Origin: Clostridia bacterium
Lineage (GTDB): Bacteria; Bacillota; Clostridia; Oscillospirales; CAG-272
Direction: 5' to 3'
Assembly: GCA_028720145.1 (NCBI GenBank)
Contig: JAQYLJ010000045.1
Location: 2,283-66,282 of the forward strand
Length of the DNA: 64,000 nucleotides
The position numbers and the translations under genes are program-made. Shown here in pieces: positions 18,401 to 27,168 of this stretch. The notes beneath the pieces are model-generated. The model did no database searches, was not told the origin of the DNA, and saw nothing but the letters and a program-made list of their open reading frames with translations. Each line of letters opens with the position of its first letter. Position 1 is the stretch's first letter.

Positions 18401-19622
18401 CTTCGTTCAGGTCCTCGAAGTAGGAGAGAACCACCGAGGAGTATAGCTGCAATTTCACGGAGTTGGTCCACAGGTTCCCGTTCAGGGCGAAGTAGGAGTT
18501 CGGGTAGATGGTCAGTCCGTTCTCGTCCTCGTAGGAGTCTGCGCGGAGATACCCGACTGCGAACAGCGAGCTCCACTTGCTCTCGGGGAGGTCCTTCCCA
18601 TCGCTGTCGATACCGACCTTCTCGTTGTTGATTCTCCAATCTTTCCGATGGATATTCCCACTCGTGGTGACATCCGCGTCATACGCGCTGTAGAACGTGT
18701 AGACAGCGCTGAGTTTCACGAAGTCGTCCGAAATCTTACTGATAGTCGTGACAGGCGCCATGGTCTCCTGTTTTGACGCCGGCTGCTCGCGGTAGAACAT
18801 GGTGTATTCGCTGTCTACCTGGAACAGCCATTCGTCAAAGGCGACCCAGTTGCCGTAAGTCGGGATGCCGTAAGGCTGCTCCGTGCCGTCGTCCCAAGTG
18901 CCGATCAGCTCGGTGAGAGAGAAAACGGAGTCCTTCTCTTTGCAATACTTTTGGAAATCCCATGTGGAAGACGCAAGGTCTGCCTCGGGAATCCCATTCT
19001 CCCGTCCGACCTCACGAATCCTCGTCTCGATCTGCTCCATCATGGGGGCGAGTACATTCTCGACATACACCTTCGCGGGCATGGAGGTCGGGAGCAGATA
19101 CCGTTTGGTGGTATCGCCGAGCACATAATTCACGCGGATCCCGTTCTCGATGGGATCGACGGTGATCTGTCCGTAGGCGGCGGCATCGGGCTGACTCATC
19201 AGCACCGTCGTCTTACGCGTCGCGTCATGGATATTCCGATACTGCAGAATGATCTGGCTCATGAACTCCTTGGACGCGACCGAGGACATATCTTTTCCCG
19301 AGGTGTCATAAGGGTTCGAGGTCAGGATATCGCCTGTCACGATATCCTTGACATACACCTCGCCCGTATAACGGTTGGCATAGAGTTCGTACTGCCCGTA
19401 AACCGTCATCAACACCATGTTCTCGTCGAGGTCGATCTTTTCCTGCGCGGTCGTGTAGGTCTGTGTCAGTGCTTTCGCCGCGAGGGTCTTTGCGGTACTC
19501 TTGACGATTTTGAAATCGGTCGGGGTCTCACCGTTCCGATAGGCGAACACGCCGAGGGGAAGGACGAGCAGGCAACCGAGCAGCATGGCGGTCACGAGTA
19601 TTGCGGATATTATTCTTTTCAT
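15468..19622 (-). CDS. 1384-aa secreted protein of unknown function (possibly the DUF5696-type family; C-terminal half alternates beta/alpha like a glycosidase barrel)
   Basis: Signal peptide MKRIISAILVTAMLLGCLLVLPLGVFA and a GGGAGGAA RBS. Notable motifs are FYPDGSGAVIDF, LPLYIESFG, RLTGFANGG, ISLDGFA and VPFWGMVAHG. I recognise no known catalytic signature. Confidence 0.75.
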   Translation of the reverse strand: MKRIISAILVTAMLLGCLLVLPLGVFAYRNGETPTDFKIVKSTAKTLAAKALTQTYTTAQEKIDLDENMVLMTVYGQYELYANRYTGEVYVKDIVTGDILTSNPYDTSGKDMSSVASKEFMSQIILQYRNIHDATRKTTVLMSQPDAAAYGQITVDPIENGIRVNYVLGDTTKRYLLPTSMPAKVYVENVLAPMMEQIETRIREVGRENGIPEADLASSTWDFQKYCKEKDSVFSLTELIGTWDDGTEQPYGIPTYGNWVAFDEWLFQVDSEYTMFYREQPASKQETMAPVTTISKISDDFVKLSAVYTFYSAYDADVTTSGNIHRKDWRINNEKVGIDSDGKDLPESKWSSLFAVGYLRADSYEDENGLTIYPNSYFALNGNLWTNSVKLQLYSSVVLSYFEDLNEALMNELEAEVGIAMPAANNAIFRVALEYVLDEKGLTVTMPARGIVFDESEYAVEYIDVLPYFGSGKVLEGGFIFYPDGSGAVIDFNDFRTRMSSVSGKVYGQDYAYYSISGKHQQTIALPVFGTVKNTTTYYMVDPYETDARVSVNEKHYRTGSYTITYSYDDKAKQIVANYPRGETRPVQYLLGTHSVTGTTLERAGFEFSTDKQASASDNKYYYGNVTCVVTGNTATSYLTVNGKTTQIENPMVISEEFFGITESHQTGYLAVLEEGASLANINARVNESGNNTKPYTSVYAEYVPQPNDKYNLADVMTGAESSSFYIQAKGKYEGDYSIRYLFLTDPDLASAKGLNGTYDTTYSGMANLYQQYLVDEGVFTALTNLKNDLPLYIESFGVIQTTEKFLSIPYTADKPLTTFEDIRTMYEELKGKNITNIKFRLTGFANGGFTQMEYPVRLKWENAAGGKSGFKKLLAYVNAEDTGLEVFPNFEYLYVRNSSNIKLKDIGARSVDNRYAWHQEYVTVYQEYVKEGGIVVSSDKLDELFGKMLKKYKKYDIGSISLDGFAAELSSNFDEENFIDRETSLENICAFLAGVRESGYTSMMSTGGNMYAFRYMDYLLEAPTDSSHFNAESYTVPFWGMVAHGFLQYAGQPFNEEADKTEAFLRAIESGASLYYLLSYQNTQLLKDTHASDYYSVNYEIEKNSLVTFYQKLNETIGDLQGYRIIDHRGLAAERVQLDEEVELALTTLEEEFLTQLACATEQAVEEEKAFIRDLIAFANENGIDWTNAAFDTLYPIRTKIRTFILDRQDTPTLRAVLGPESDYTGEDIAAKWGKIVDAVNTSATDESKLIAEYGKTIGVSFDTDAILAAAKRAVYSDTLREDFEARIRAFIAENTQETADKIVRVTDVSYTSDYRYFTLSDALDTNYKATTSTVNDHSVVIVTYSDGVNTVRFLLNFNIFAVTVRLDGEVYSLAKYGFVRLG

Positions 19623-19643
19623 TTCATTGTGTTCCTCCCATAC

Positions 19644-21902
19644 TCATGAGCGATAACTGATTTCGGTGGCAAGTCCGGAGACGAAGGAAATCATGTCTCC
19701 GACAAGGCTGGTGAACAGAATGACAACGAACATAATCACTGCCATACTGAGGATGGTACCGAGGGTGGTGACGACATTCTTCCCGAGGGAGTAGTCCTGT
19801 ACCACCATGGTGCCGAAGAAGAGCAGGAATCCGACCCAAATGAACCCGAGCGTGATGATGAAGGTCACAAAACCGTCTGTAAATGTCGCGGAGACATTCG
19901 TCAGCACCGTCCCGAGCACCAGGAACCACGGCAGAGGTGCCGTCGCGTAGCAGGTCGTCACAAAAATCTGCTTGAAAGTCCCTTCCCCGTTGAAGAGGGT
20001 GGTCAGACACCAGTTCGCGACCGACCACAGAAGGACCGGTACGAAGAACGCGAGAATCTGCGAGAAGAAGGAACTGTAACCCATACTCGGATTCGCGAGG
20101 TACGAGCGTCCGATCGAGGCATAGTAGCTCGCGCAGACATTGATCATCAGGATGGTGAGCCCAGCGCGCACCGAACCTCGGTGTTCATGCTTGATGTCCC
20201 AGAACCCGTCGAACGGGTGGAACGAGACATAGAAGCCGTACATGAGTTCTTCCCAATAGGTGCGCCGTCCGCTCTTGAAGTTCCCTTGATAGTTGATGCG
20301 TTTGGCATACTTCATCAGGCGGAGGAACAGGATCACGAGGACAATCACGCCGACAATCATCAGAATCAGGATGAGCGGGTGATTCGTCATATTGTCCTGA
20401 CTCTTGGCGGACAGCGCCTTCGCGTAGAAGTCGGTCTCTTTGGCGGCGGCGAGGTATTCCATCGCCTCGTCGTATTCGCCGTTGTAATACAGTGCTTTCC
20501 CGACCCCGACATACGCGGCGTCAAAGTTGTTGTTCGCGCCGAGGATCTGCGTCCAATAGTCGATCGACTCGTTGTACCGTCGCTCGTTGTCGTTCTTGAG
20601 CGCCTGTATCAGCAGACTGTTGTAGTCGGTCGGGACATACACCGTAATCTGTAGTTTCATGCCGTCGAGCATGAGCAGGTTATAGGTGCCTTCCGTCGGG
20701 TTGTACTGATAGTCGATGGCGTTCAGCGATTTCGGGGAGATGGTACCGAGCTGGAAGGTCTCGGAGAAGTCGCCGAAGGCGTAGAGGAGCTGCCCGTTGG
20801 AATCATAGGTAAAGACCTTACTCCGCTTGTTATCGGCGATGGACCAAGAACCCTCGGGTCCGACGGCGACATCGACGATGGTGGAGACCCCGTAGATGGT
20901 GGAGGACTGCCGCAGCCTCTTGACACTCACTTCACCGCCGCAATCGAAGAAGCCGTTACGCTTCATGATCTCGTCGCCCTTGGTATTCAGTTTCTTGACG
21001 GGAGAGTAGGTCGCGCGGCTCGATCCCGACGCGGTCAGCGCGCTCTCCTGATTCGACTCGTTATCGGTATTCTTGGTCACGGCGTAGATGAAGTCGCCGT
21101 AGGTACCGTGTTCGAGCGCGAGCCGGTTTAGGTTAATCGACACGATGTCGACATGGGTGGCGCGTTCTTCTTCGCTCTCAAAGCGACGGAAGAACATATC
21201 GAAGAGCGAGTAGGTCGCTTTCTGTGCGCCGATAAAGCCGGTGAAATTGCTGTCCTCGTCCATGACGATGACACCCTGGTTACAGCTGGACGCGATGACG
21301 AACAGCCGTCCGTAACGGTCAGCGACACAGGAGACAGGGTCGAAGTCCATTGCCTTTGCCCCTGCGACGATCGATCCGTCCCCATTGTCCGCCTGCTTGA
21401 AGTAGGAACTCTTCGGGGCGGTGACGGTCTTTACAAACTTGCCGTCCAGGTCAAAGACCACCAAGCGGTTGTTCCCGGTATCGCAGACATAGATGCGATC
21501 GTCCGAGACGTACACGCCCTGCGGGTTTCTGAACTGGTCGTTCTTCCCTGCTTCCGAGTTAAACTTCGTGATGACGTACTGCAACTCGTAGGCATGGTTC
21601 AGCACTACGAGTTTCGGTTGGAAGCCCGTCTCGGAGGTCTGGTCGAGAATGTAGACCCACCCGCGAGAGTCGGTGCAGAAGTCGCCGATGTTGTTCCCGA
21701 ACTCGACGGTCTGCCCGCTCTTCGCGGAAATGGTTTCCGCATTGATGATCTCCCGCGCATTATACGCATGGGGAGACTCCATGGTATCGCCGTTGATGGA
21801 ATAGGTATAGGTTTCGTAAGGGGTATATGCCGCCGTATAGGTGCCGAGGCAGAAGATGGCAACCATCACCAAAAGAAACGCGGTTACTAAAATCTTTTTC
21901 AT
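19644..21902 (-). CDS. membrane protein: signal peptide, NHL-like beta-propeller, TPR-like segment, TM, then Yip1-like 5-TM domain
   Basis: MKKILVTAFLLVMVAIFCLG is a signal peptide. NHL-like blades include VYVSDDRIYVCDTGNNRLVVFDLDGKFV and RLFVIASSCNQGVIVMD. The TPR-like segment is AAYVGVGKALYYNGEYDEAMEYLAAAKE. The C-terminal 245 aa carry 6 hydrophobic spans. GGAGG RBS. Confidence 0.75.
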   Translation of the reverse strand: MKKILVTAFLLVMVAIFCLGTYTAAYTPYETYTYSINGDTMESPHAYNAREIINAETISAKSGQTVEFGNNIGDFCTDSRGWVYILDQTSETGFQPKLVVLNHAYELQYVITKFNSEAGKNDQFRNPQGVYVSDDRIYVCDTGNNRLVVFDLDGKFVKTVTAPKSSYFKQADNGDGSIVAGAKAMDFDPVSCVADRYGRLFVIASSCNQGVIVMDEDSNFTGFIGAQKATYSLFDMFFRRFESEEERATHVDIVSINLNRLALEHGTYGDFIYAVTKNTDNESNQESALTASGSSRATYSPVKKLNTKGDEIMKRNGFFDCGGEVSVKRLRQSSTIYGVSTIVDVAVGPEGSWSIADNKRSKVFTYDSNGQLLYAFGDFSETFQLGTISPKSLNAIDYQYNPTEGTYNLLMLDGMKLQITVYVPTDYNSLLIQALKNDNERRYNESIDYWTQILGANNNFDAAYVGVGKALYYNGEYDEAMEYLAAAKETDFYAKALSAKSQDNMTNHPLILILMIVGVIVLVILFLRLMKYAKRINYQGNFKSGRRTYWEELMYGFYVSFHPFDGFWDIKHEHRGSVRAGLTILMINVCASYYASIGRSYLANPSMGYSSFFSQILAFFVPVLLWSVANWCLTTLFNGEGTFKQIFVTTCYATAPLPWFLVLGTVLTNVSATFTDGFVTFIITLGFIWVGFLLFFGTMVVQDYSLGKNVVTTLGTILSMAVIMFVVILFTSLVGDMISFVSGLATEISYRS

Positions 21903-21915
21903 CTTTCGCGCCTCC

Positions 21916-22806
21916 TCAGTCTTTCATACCCGATGAGCCCATGGTCTCGATGATCTTCGACTGGTTGATGACGAAGATGATGATCGGGACGGACATCATA
22001 ATCACGGTCGATGCGGCGCCCGCGCCCGAACGCGCGATACCGCCCGAGATGATCTGACCGATCGCATAGTTGAAAGTCTTCAACTGCTCGGAATGAATGT
22101 AAATGGATGCACCCGTGTTCCACAGTCCCTTGAAGCTCTCGATCATCAGGGTCAGCCACGCGGGTTTGACCATCGGCATGGCGATGGTCCAATAGATGCG
22201 GAACTCGCTCGCGCCGTCGAGTCGCGCACTCTCGAGCACCGTATCGGGGACGCTCGACTCCATAAACTGCTTCATGAGGTAAAGTCCCAAAGTGGAAGCG
22301 AGTGCGGGCAGGATGATGGCGAGGTAGTTATCAATCAGACCGAATGCGGAGAGAATGATGAAGTGGGTCACCTGGTTGACGGTCGAGTGGAACATCAGGG
22401 AGATGACCACGAGCTGGAAGAAGAAGTTTCTCCCGGGGAACCGCAGTTTCGAGAGGGCGTATGCCGCCATCGACGCGAGCAAGAGGTTCCCTGCCGTGCC
22501 GCAGGCGGTGATAAACACCGTGTTGAAGATGTACCGCGAGAACGGCACCCAAGAGTCGCCCATCAGGGTGAACAGGTCTTTGAAGTTGTTGAGCGTGGGG
22601 CGTACCACATAGAAACGCGGCGGGAACACGAAGAGTTCATCCAGCGGTTTGAGCGCCTGAATCACCACATAGTACATCGGCAGGAACATGAAGAGTCCCA
22701 TGAGCGAGAGGACGATGGTGATGCCGACATCGCCGCCGGCGCTTCGGTTCAGAACGACCCGATGGCCGCGTGTCCGTATCTTTTTATACTTTTTCGTCTG
22801 TTCCAT
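21916..22806 (-). CDS. carbohydrate ABC transporter permease (MalG-like; pair A)
   Basis: ESARLDGASEFRIYWTIAMPMVKPA is an EAA motif. Typical CUT1 length of 296 aa. Confidence 0.9.
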   Translation of the reverse strand: MEQTKKYKKIRTRGHRVVLNRSAGGDVGITIVLSLMGLFMFLPMYYVVIQALKPLDELFVFPPRFYVVRPTLNNFKDLFTLMGDSWVPFSRYIFNTVFITACGTAGNLLLASMAAYALSKLRFPGRNFFFQLVVISLMFHSTVNQVTHFIILSAFGLIDNYLAIILPALASTLGLYLMKQFMESSVPDTVLESARLDGASEFRIYWTIAMPMVKPAWLTLMIESFKGLWNTGASIYIHSEQLKTFNYAIGQIISGGIARSGAGAASTVIMMSVPIIIFVINQSKIIETMGSSGMKD

Positions 22807-22807
22807 C

Positions 22808-23896
22808 TCACTCGCCCACCTTTGACAGCGCTTTCTTGATGATTTGGTTGCACCCGATCATTATAATAAATAGGAAAACAGCAATGGCGGATGCATAGCC
22901 GACTTCGTATCGCTGTCCCCCGTAGTCATCGAGACAGTGCATGATGGTATGCCCTGCGTAGTTGACCGACGGGAAGCCGCAGAGCGCGGTCACGACGCCG
23001 CCGAAGCCGAAGGATTGTGTGATGGAAAGCACGGCACCGAACATCAGCTGAGGACGCATGGTCGGCAGCGTGATGTACCAGAGTTCCTGCCACCGGTTCT
23101 TGACCCCGTCGACGGCACCCGCTTCAAAGAGCGAGCGGTCGATGCCCTGCAAGCCCGCGATGAACGAGAGGAATGCGGTACCGAGCGACGTCCACAGTGC
23201 CACGACAATACAGAGCGGCATGATGTACTTCTCGGTCTGGAACCACAAGACGGGGGAGCTGATGATCCCGAGCTTGATGCCCCACGCGTTGACCCACCCG
23301 TAAGAGTCCGAGGAGAACAGGGTACCCCAGATGAGGTAGACCTGCCCGGAAATCGAGGGGGCGTAGAAAATCAGGGTCACCACCGCACGGATTTTGGGCG
23401 GGAGCTCGTTGATGAACCACGCGATGAGCAGGGACATGATGTACGAGACGGGTCCCGTCACCGCTGCGAAGATTAAGGTGTTCTTACACGCTTTCAGGAA
23501 AATCTCGTCCTGCGTGAACAGGCGGATATAGTTGCTGATTCCCTTGAAGTGCGGGGTCTGCAACATATTGAAGTCGGTGAAGCTGAAACCGATGGACAGA
23601 ATGACCGGCAGGACGGTGAAGATGAAGAACAACACCATGAAGGGACCTACCATGAGGTAAGCGATTTTGTTCCGCCGAATCTCTTTGAACAGCCATTGTC
23701 TGCGGGTCATGTCCTTGCGGGAGACCGGGCGGTGCTCGGTATCGACCGCCATCGGCGAGGGGGATGCGGGGGTCATCGCGACAGATGCCGTCGTCTCTTC
23801 AGGCATCACCGCCTCCTGTGCCTTCTCTTCCGGCATTTCGGGAGACACTTGCGCCTGAGAGCGCTGTTCTGCGGTGTCAACAGTATCTTTTGACAT
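22808..23896 (-). CDS. sugar ABC transporter permease (MalF-like; pair A) with ~65-aa acidic/Pro-rich N-terminal extension
   Basis: LFEAGAVDGVKNRWQELWYITLPTMRPQ is an EAA motif. The start was set at MSKDTVD (ATG 23896) because AAGGAGAA lies 6 nt upstream. Confidence 0.88.
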   Translation of the reverse strand: MSKDTVDTAEQRSQAQVSPEMPEEKAQEAVMPEETTASVAMTPASPSPMAVDTEHRPVSRKDMTRRQWLFKEIRRNKIAYLMVGPFMVLFFIFTVLPVILSIGFSFTDFNMLQTPHFKGISNYIRLFTQDEIFLKACKNTLIFAAVTGPVSYIMSLLIAWFINELPPKIRAVVTLIFYAPSISGQVYLIWGTLFSSDSYGWVNAWGIKLGIISSPVLWFQTEKYIMPLCIVVALWTSLGTAFLSFIAGLQGIDRSLFEAGAVDGVKNRWQELWYITLPTMRPQLMFGAVLSITQSFGFGGVVTALCGFPSVNYAGHTIMHCLDDYGGQRYEVGYASAIAVFLFIIMIGCNQIIKKALSKVGE

Positions 23897-23928
23897 AGTC
23901 TTTCTCCTTATCATTTACCGGATGTCTG

Positions 23929-26900
23929 TCAGTTCCCCGAAGTCTGATAGGAAGGAGGCACTTCCCCTGTCCCCAGGGTCTTCATGCCGAATTCCTCTCT
24001 CTTACGGGTCACTTCAGCGTTGATGGCGGCGATGTAACTGCGGAGCGCCTCGACGGGGTCGCTCCCCTTGTTCACCACATCATAGAATGCAAAGTTGGTA
24101 TAGCGTCCGATGATATACGAACCGGGATAGTTGACGATGGCTCCGAGGTGATCGAGCTGTTCCCGAATCGCCGCGACTTCCGCCGAAGTCCAAGCCATAT
24201 CGTCGAGTGCATTCAGGTTGGCGGCGGCGTATTTCCCCGAAGGACCGAGAATCGAGACCATGCGGTTGGAATACTCGCTCGTGTACTGGGCACCGGTGCA
24301 CCACTTGACAAACTGCCATGCGTCCGCGATGCGGTTTTCTCCGGTCGCTTTCATGCGTTCTTCCGCGCTCTTGGTGACGATGGCGGACGAGACGCCCGCG
24401 ATCGCGGTGTAGTTCACACCTGCGGGATCCCCGTTCTCATCGTACTCTTGGATGCCCGGGATATGGGCGAAGCTCCAAAGTCCGTCGAGCTCGGTCGCGT
24501 ACACAATCAACTGGTTGTATGTAGACACATAGTCCTGAATGACGATAGGCATCTCGCCGGTACGGAAACGGGTGGCGGCATTGAAGCTGACGGGGAACGA
24601 ATAGTCGGTATAAAGCCCGCAGCAAAATTCAAACGCGGTCAGACCCTCGTCGGTATCCAGACCGATCTGCGCGCCCTGATACTCGATATCATCCATGTAG
24701 CGCCACATATTTCCTCCATTTTGATAAAGGAAGAAATCCAGGGCGAGCGTGTAGTTCAGACCGATCTCCATGTTGTTCTCGTTGAGGATGGGGAGCAGGG
24801 AGAGCAGTTCGTCCCAAGTCTCCGGGACTTTCGCTTCATCGCCCATCATATTAACAAGGAAGTCGAGGCGGTAGAACATCATGGCGAACGACATGGTCAT
24901 CGGGACACCGTAGGTTCTGCCGAGCAGGGTGATGGAGTCGATCGCGCTCTGATGGAAGTTCGTCATGTGCTCGCTGAAGCCGTCCTGCTCTTCGAGCGGC
25001 AGGACCGCGTCACGAATCGCGTAGTTCATGATGGTCGCGGAGTCGAGACCCATATAGACATCGGGTCCTTTCCCTGCCAAAATGGAGGGGAGCAGGGTTC
25101 CGCCGGTCACGAGTTTCAGGGAGACGGGCAACTGCTTGTAGTTGTTTTCCGTGCAGTAGTCGCTGAAATAGGAGTCAATCAGGTTTCTAACCACCTTACT
25201 TTGGTCACGACCGCTCGCGAGCCATACCTGCAGAGCGTCCTCACTCTCGACGGCTTCTTCCCGTACACCCATCTTATCGTAGTCGGTGAAGAAGGAAGAG
25301 AAGAACGAGCGGATCTCATACCATGCGGACTGGAAGAAGTTTGCGTTCGACTTCCCTGCCGTCGTCGCGCCGGGCGCCTCAATGGTGATGGTATCGACGA
25401 TCAGGGTCGATGCTTTGGAATCCGAGAGCCAAGTACCGAGGGTGCCGAGGTAGGACTTGAAGTCGTCGAGGTTCTTGGCGATCTCGCGCTCGTCGCACAT
25501 GGTGCCGATGAGTCGGTAGATATTCTCGAGGGTGGCGAGGTGAGCACCCGTGCCGCCGCAGATTTCCTTGAATTTGTTTCTGACATCTTCGAGGACCACC
25601 GCTTCTTTGTTCAGCCACCACATGACGTCGGGCAGAACGTCGCTGAAGTGATAATCCTGATATTCATCGGGGTCGGAGCCGGTCAGTTTCAGAATTTGGA
25701 GGTAGCAATCGTTCAGAACGGTCAGCGCCTCCTCCACAATCTGCAACTGTTCGGCAAGCGCGCCGAGACCGACCTCGAAGTAGATGGTGTAAGGAACGCC
25801 GGCTTCAAAATAGAACTTGAAGGTGTTTGTCCCGTCGGTGAGGGGCGCGGACATCCAGTCGCTCGAATAGTTGAAGCGCGTATTAAACGCTTCCCGGAAC
25901 GGAATGACAGGGGTACCGTCGTCGAGACCGTATTTTCCTTTCCCTTCCGTCCCTTCTCCGTTCGAGGTAATGCGGATGGTACGGGAGATGAACATACCTT
26001 CGAGTGCCTTCTGCAAATACCGCATCGAGATTTCGTACATCCCGGTCTCGGAGACGGTGAAGTTGTACGCCGCCCACTGCCCGACGCTCTTATACGAGTT
26101 CGCGCCGATGACATTGTAGAGATCGGCGAACGGCGTCGAGGGAGAGGTGATGGCGGAGCTCTTATTGTTCGTCATGGTGACCGAGGAGTCGGAGACCATG
26201 GTCGGTTTCTCCGCCTGCAAAATCAGCGACGCATTTGCGGACGCATCGGGGACTCCCGCATACTTGGCGAGATATTCTTCATAGGACGGGACCGCGTATG
26301 CCGAAGCGTCCGTCGGAATGACGCGGACGGCGCCGACCACCATGCCCTCACGAATGGCTTCCAGCGTGATGGTGTGCGTCCCGGCAGTGAGATAAAACTG
26401 ATAGTAGCCGCTCGAATACCCCTCGGAGTCGGAGCAGAAATAGGTCTGCCAATGCGAGTATTGGTTCACGGTAGGCGTGAGGTCATTCCCGTTCACATCC
26501 TGCGAAAACCCGAGACGGTCCCACTCCTCTTTCTCAAACGCGCCGGTCACTTCATCGACCGTCGCGGTGGAGTTCTCGCCGTTCTGATACGCATATACCC
26601 ACGACTTGGAAAGAGAAATCATATTCGCCTCGGTAAACGGGAGATCATCGTCAATCAGAAGCTTCCGCTCAATCGAGTTCACCGTCTGCGCTACGGCGTA
26701 GTATTCAATGGCAATGTAGTACATACCGCTCGAGGGAATCTCGATGGTGAAAGCGGTATCGCCCACGGCGGGCGCCCATACCGCACCCGCACGGAAATCC
26801 TCGGTTTTCCCACCGAGCGATGCCCATGCGTCATGATCGATCAGATACGCCCCTTCGTCGGACTGCGAGAGGTCGGGCGTCGAAGACGCTTCGGCGGTAC

Positions 26901-27099
26901 CGGGCTTCTCGTTCCCATACTTGGCGATGTACGCGGCATAAGACTCGGACGCGAGATACTTTCTCATGTCGTCGAGCGCCTTCTCCGCGCTCGTTTGTTC
27001 TTCGGACGCGGCGAATACCGGCAGGATAGACACTCCGCCCAGACAGAACGCCAGCGTCAAAAGGACACAAAGGACGCGGGTAAATCTGCTTGCTTTCAT
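23929..27099 (-). CDS. giant extracellular solute-binding protein: signal peptide, two CBM-like beta-sandwich modules, helical linker, then type-1 SBP core
   Basis: Signal peptide MKASRFTRVLCVLLTLAFCLGGVSILPVFAAS. In ORF-track numbering, CBM-like stretches such as GMYYIAIEYYAVAQTVNSIERKLLID, YYQFYLTAGTHTITLEAIREG and GMYEISMRYLQ cover aa 85-452. The SBP-like core starts at about aa 625 (LQVWLASGRDQSKVVRNLIDSYF...GKGPDVYMG). GGAGG RBS before ATG 27099. Confidence 0.8.
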   Translation of the reverse strand: MKASRFTRVLCVLLTLAFCLGGVSILPVFAASEEQTSAEKALDDMRKYLASESYAAYIAKYGNEKPGTAEASSTPDLSQSDEGAYLIDHDAWASLGGKTEDFRAGAVWAPAVGDTAFTIEIPSSGMYYIAIEYYAVAQTVNSIERKLLIDDDLPFTEANMISLSKSWVYAYQNGENSTATVDEVTGAFEKEEWDRLGFSQDVNGNDLTPTVNQYSHWQTYFCSDSEGYSSGYYQFYLTAGTHTITLEAIREGMVVGAVRVIPTDASAYAVPSYEEYLAKYAGVPDASANASLILQAEKPTMVSDSSVTMTNNKSSAITSPSTPFADLYNVIGANSYKSVGQWAAYNFTVSETGMYEISMRYLQKALEGMFISRTIRITSNGEGTEGKGKYGLDDGTPVIPFREAFNTRFNYSSDWMSAPLTDGTNTFKFYFEAGVPYTIYFEVGLGALAEQLQIVEEALTVLNDCYLQILKLTGSDPDEYQDYHFSDVLPDVMWWLNKEAVVLEDVRNKFKEICGGTGAHLATLENIYRLIGTMCDEREIAKNLDDFKSYLGTLGTWLSDSKASTLIVDTITIEAPGATTAGKSNANFFQSAWYEIRSFFSSFFTDYDKMGVREEAVESEDALQVWLASGRDQSKVVRNLIDSYFSDYCTENNYKQLPVSLKLVTGGTLLPSILAGKGPDVYMGLDSATIMNYAIRDAVLPLEEQDGFSEHMTNFHQSAIDSITLLGRTYGVPMTMSFAMMFYRLDFLVNMMGDEAKVPETWDELLSLLPILNENNMEIGLNYTLALDFFLYQNGGNMWRYMDDIEYQGAQIGLDTDEGLTAFEFCCGLYTDYSFPVSFNAATRFRTGEMPIVIQDYVSTYNQLIVYATELDGLWSFAHIPGIQEYDENGDPAGVNYTAIAGVSSAIVTKSAEERMKATGENRIADAWQFVKWCTGAQYTSEYSNRMVSILGPSGKYAAANLNALDDMAWTSAEVAAIREQLDHLGAIVNYPGSYIIGRYTNFAFYDVVNKGSDPVEALRSYIAAINAEVTRKREEFGMKTLGTGEVPPSYQTSGN

Positions 27100-27140
27100 A
27101 CGAATTTCCTCCAAGGACTCAAATCTTTACGCGCAGCGCA

Positions 27141-27165
27141 TATACGCGTATAAAAAATTGTACAA
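27141..27165. promoter_or_regulatory. two perfect palindromes at the start of the SBP-operon transcript (candidate operators)
   Basis: TATACGCGTATA (27141-27152) and TTGTACAA (27158-27165) lie immediately downstream of the predicted -10. Confidence 0.4.
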
Positions 27166-27168
27166 CCA

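Noticed and set aside
24148-27153. 1001-aa plus-strand ORF, the longest plus-strand ORF in the accessory locus
   Set aside because: It is an antisense shadow of the SBP gene. Its composition is Arg/Gly/Val-rich and low in complexity. It has no RBS and no recognisable motifs, whereas the minus strand encodes a signal peptide and an SBP core. Stop-poor antisense frames are expected at this GC content.
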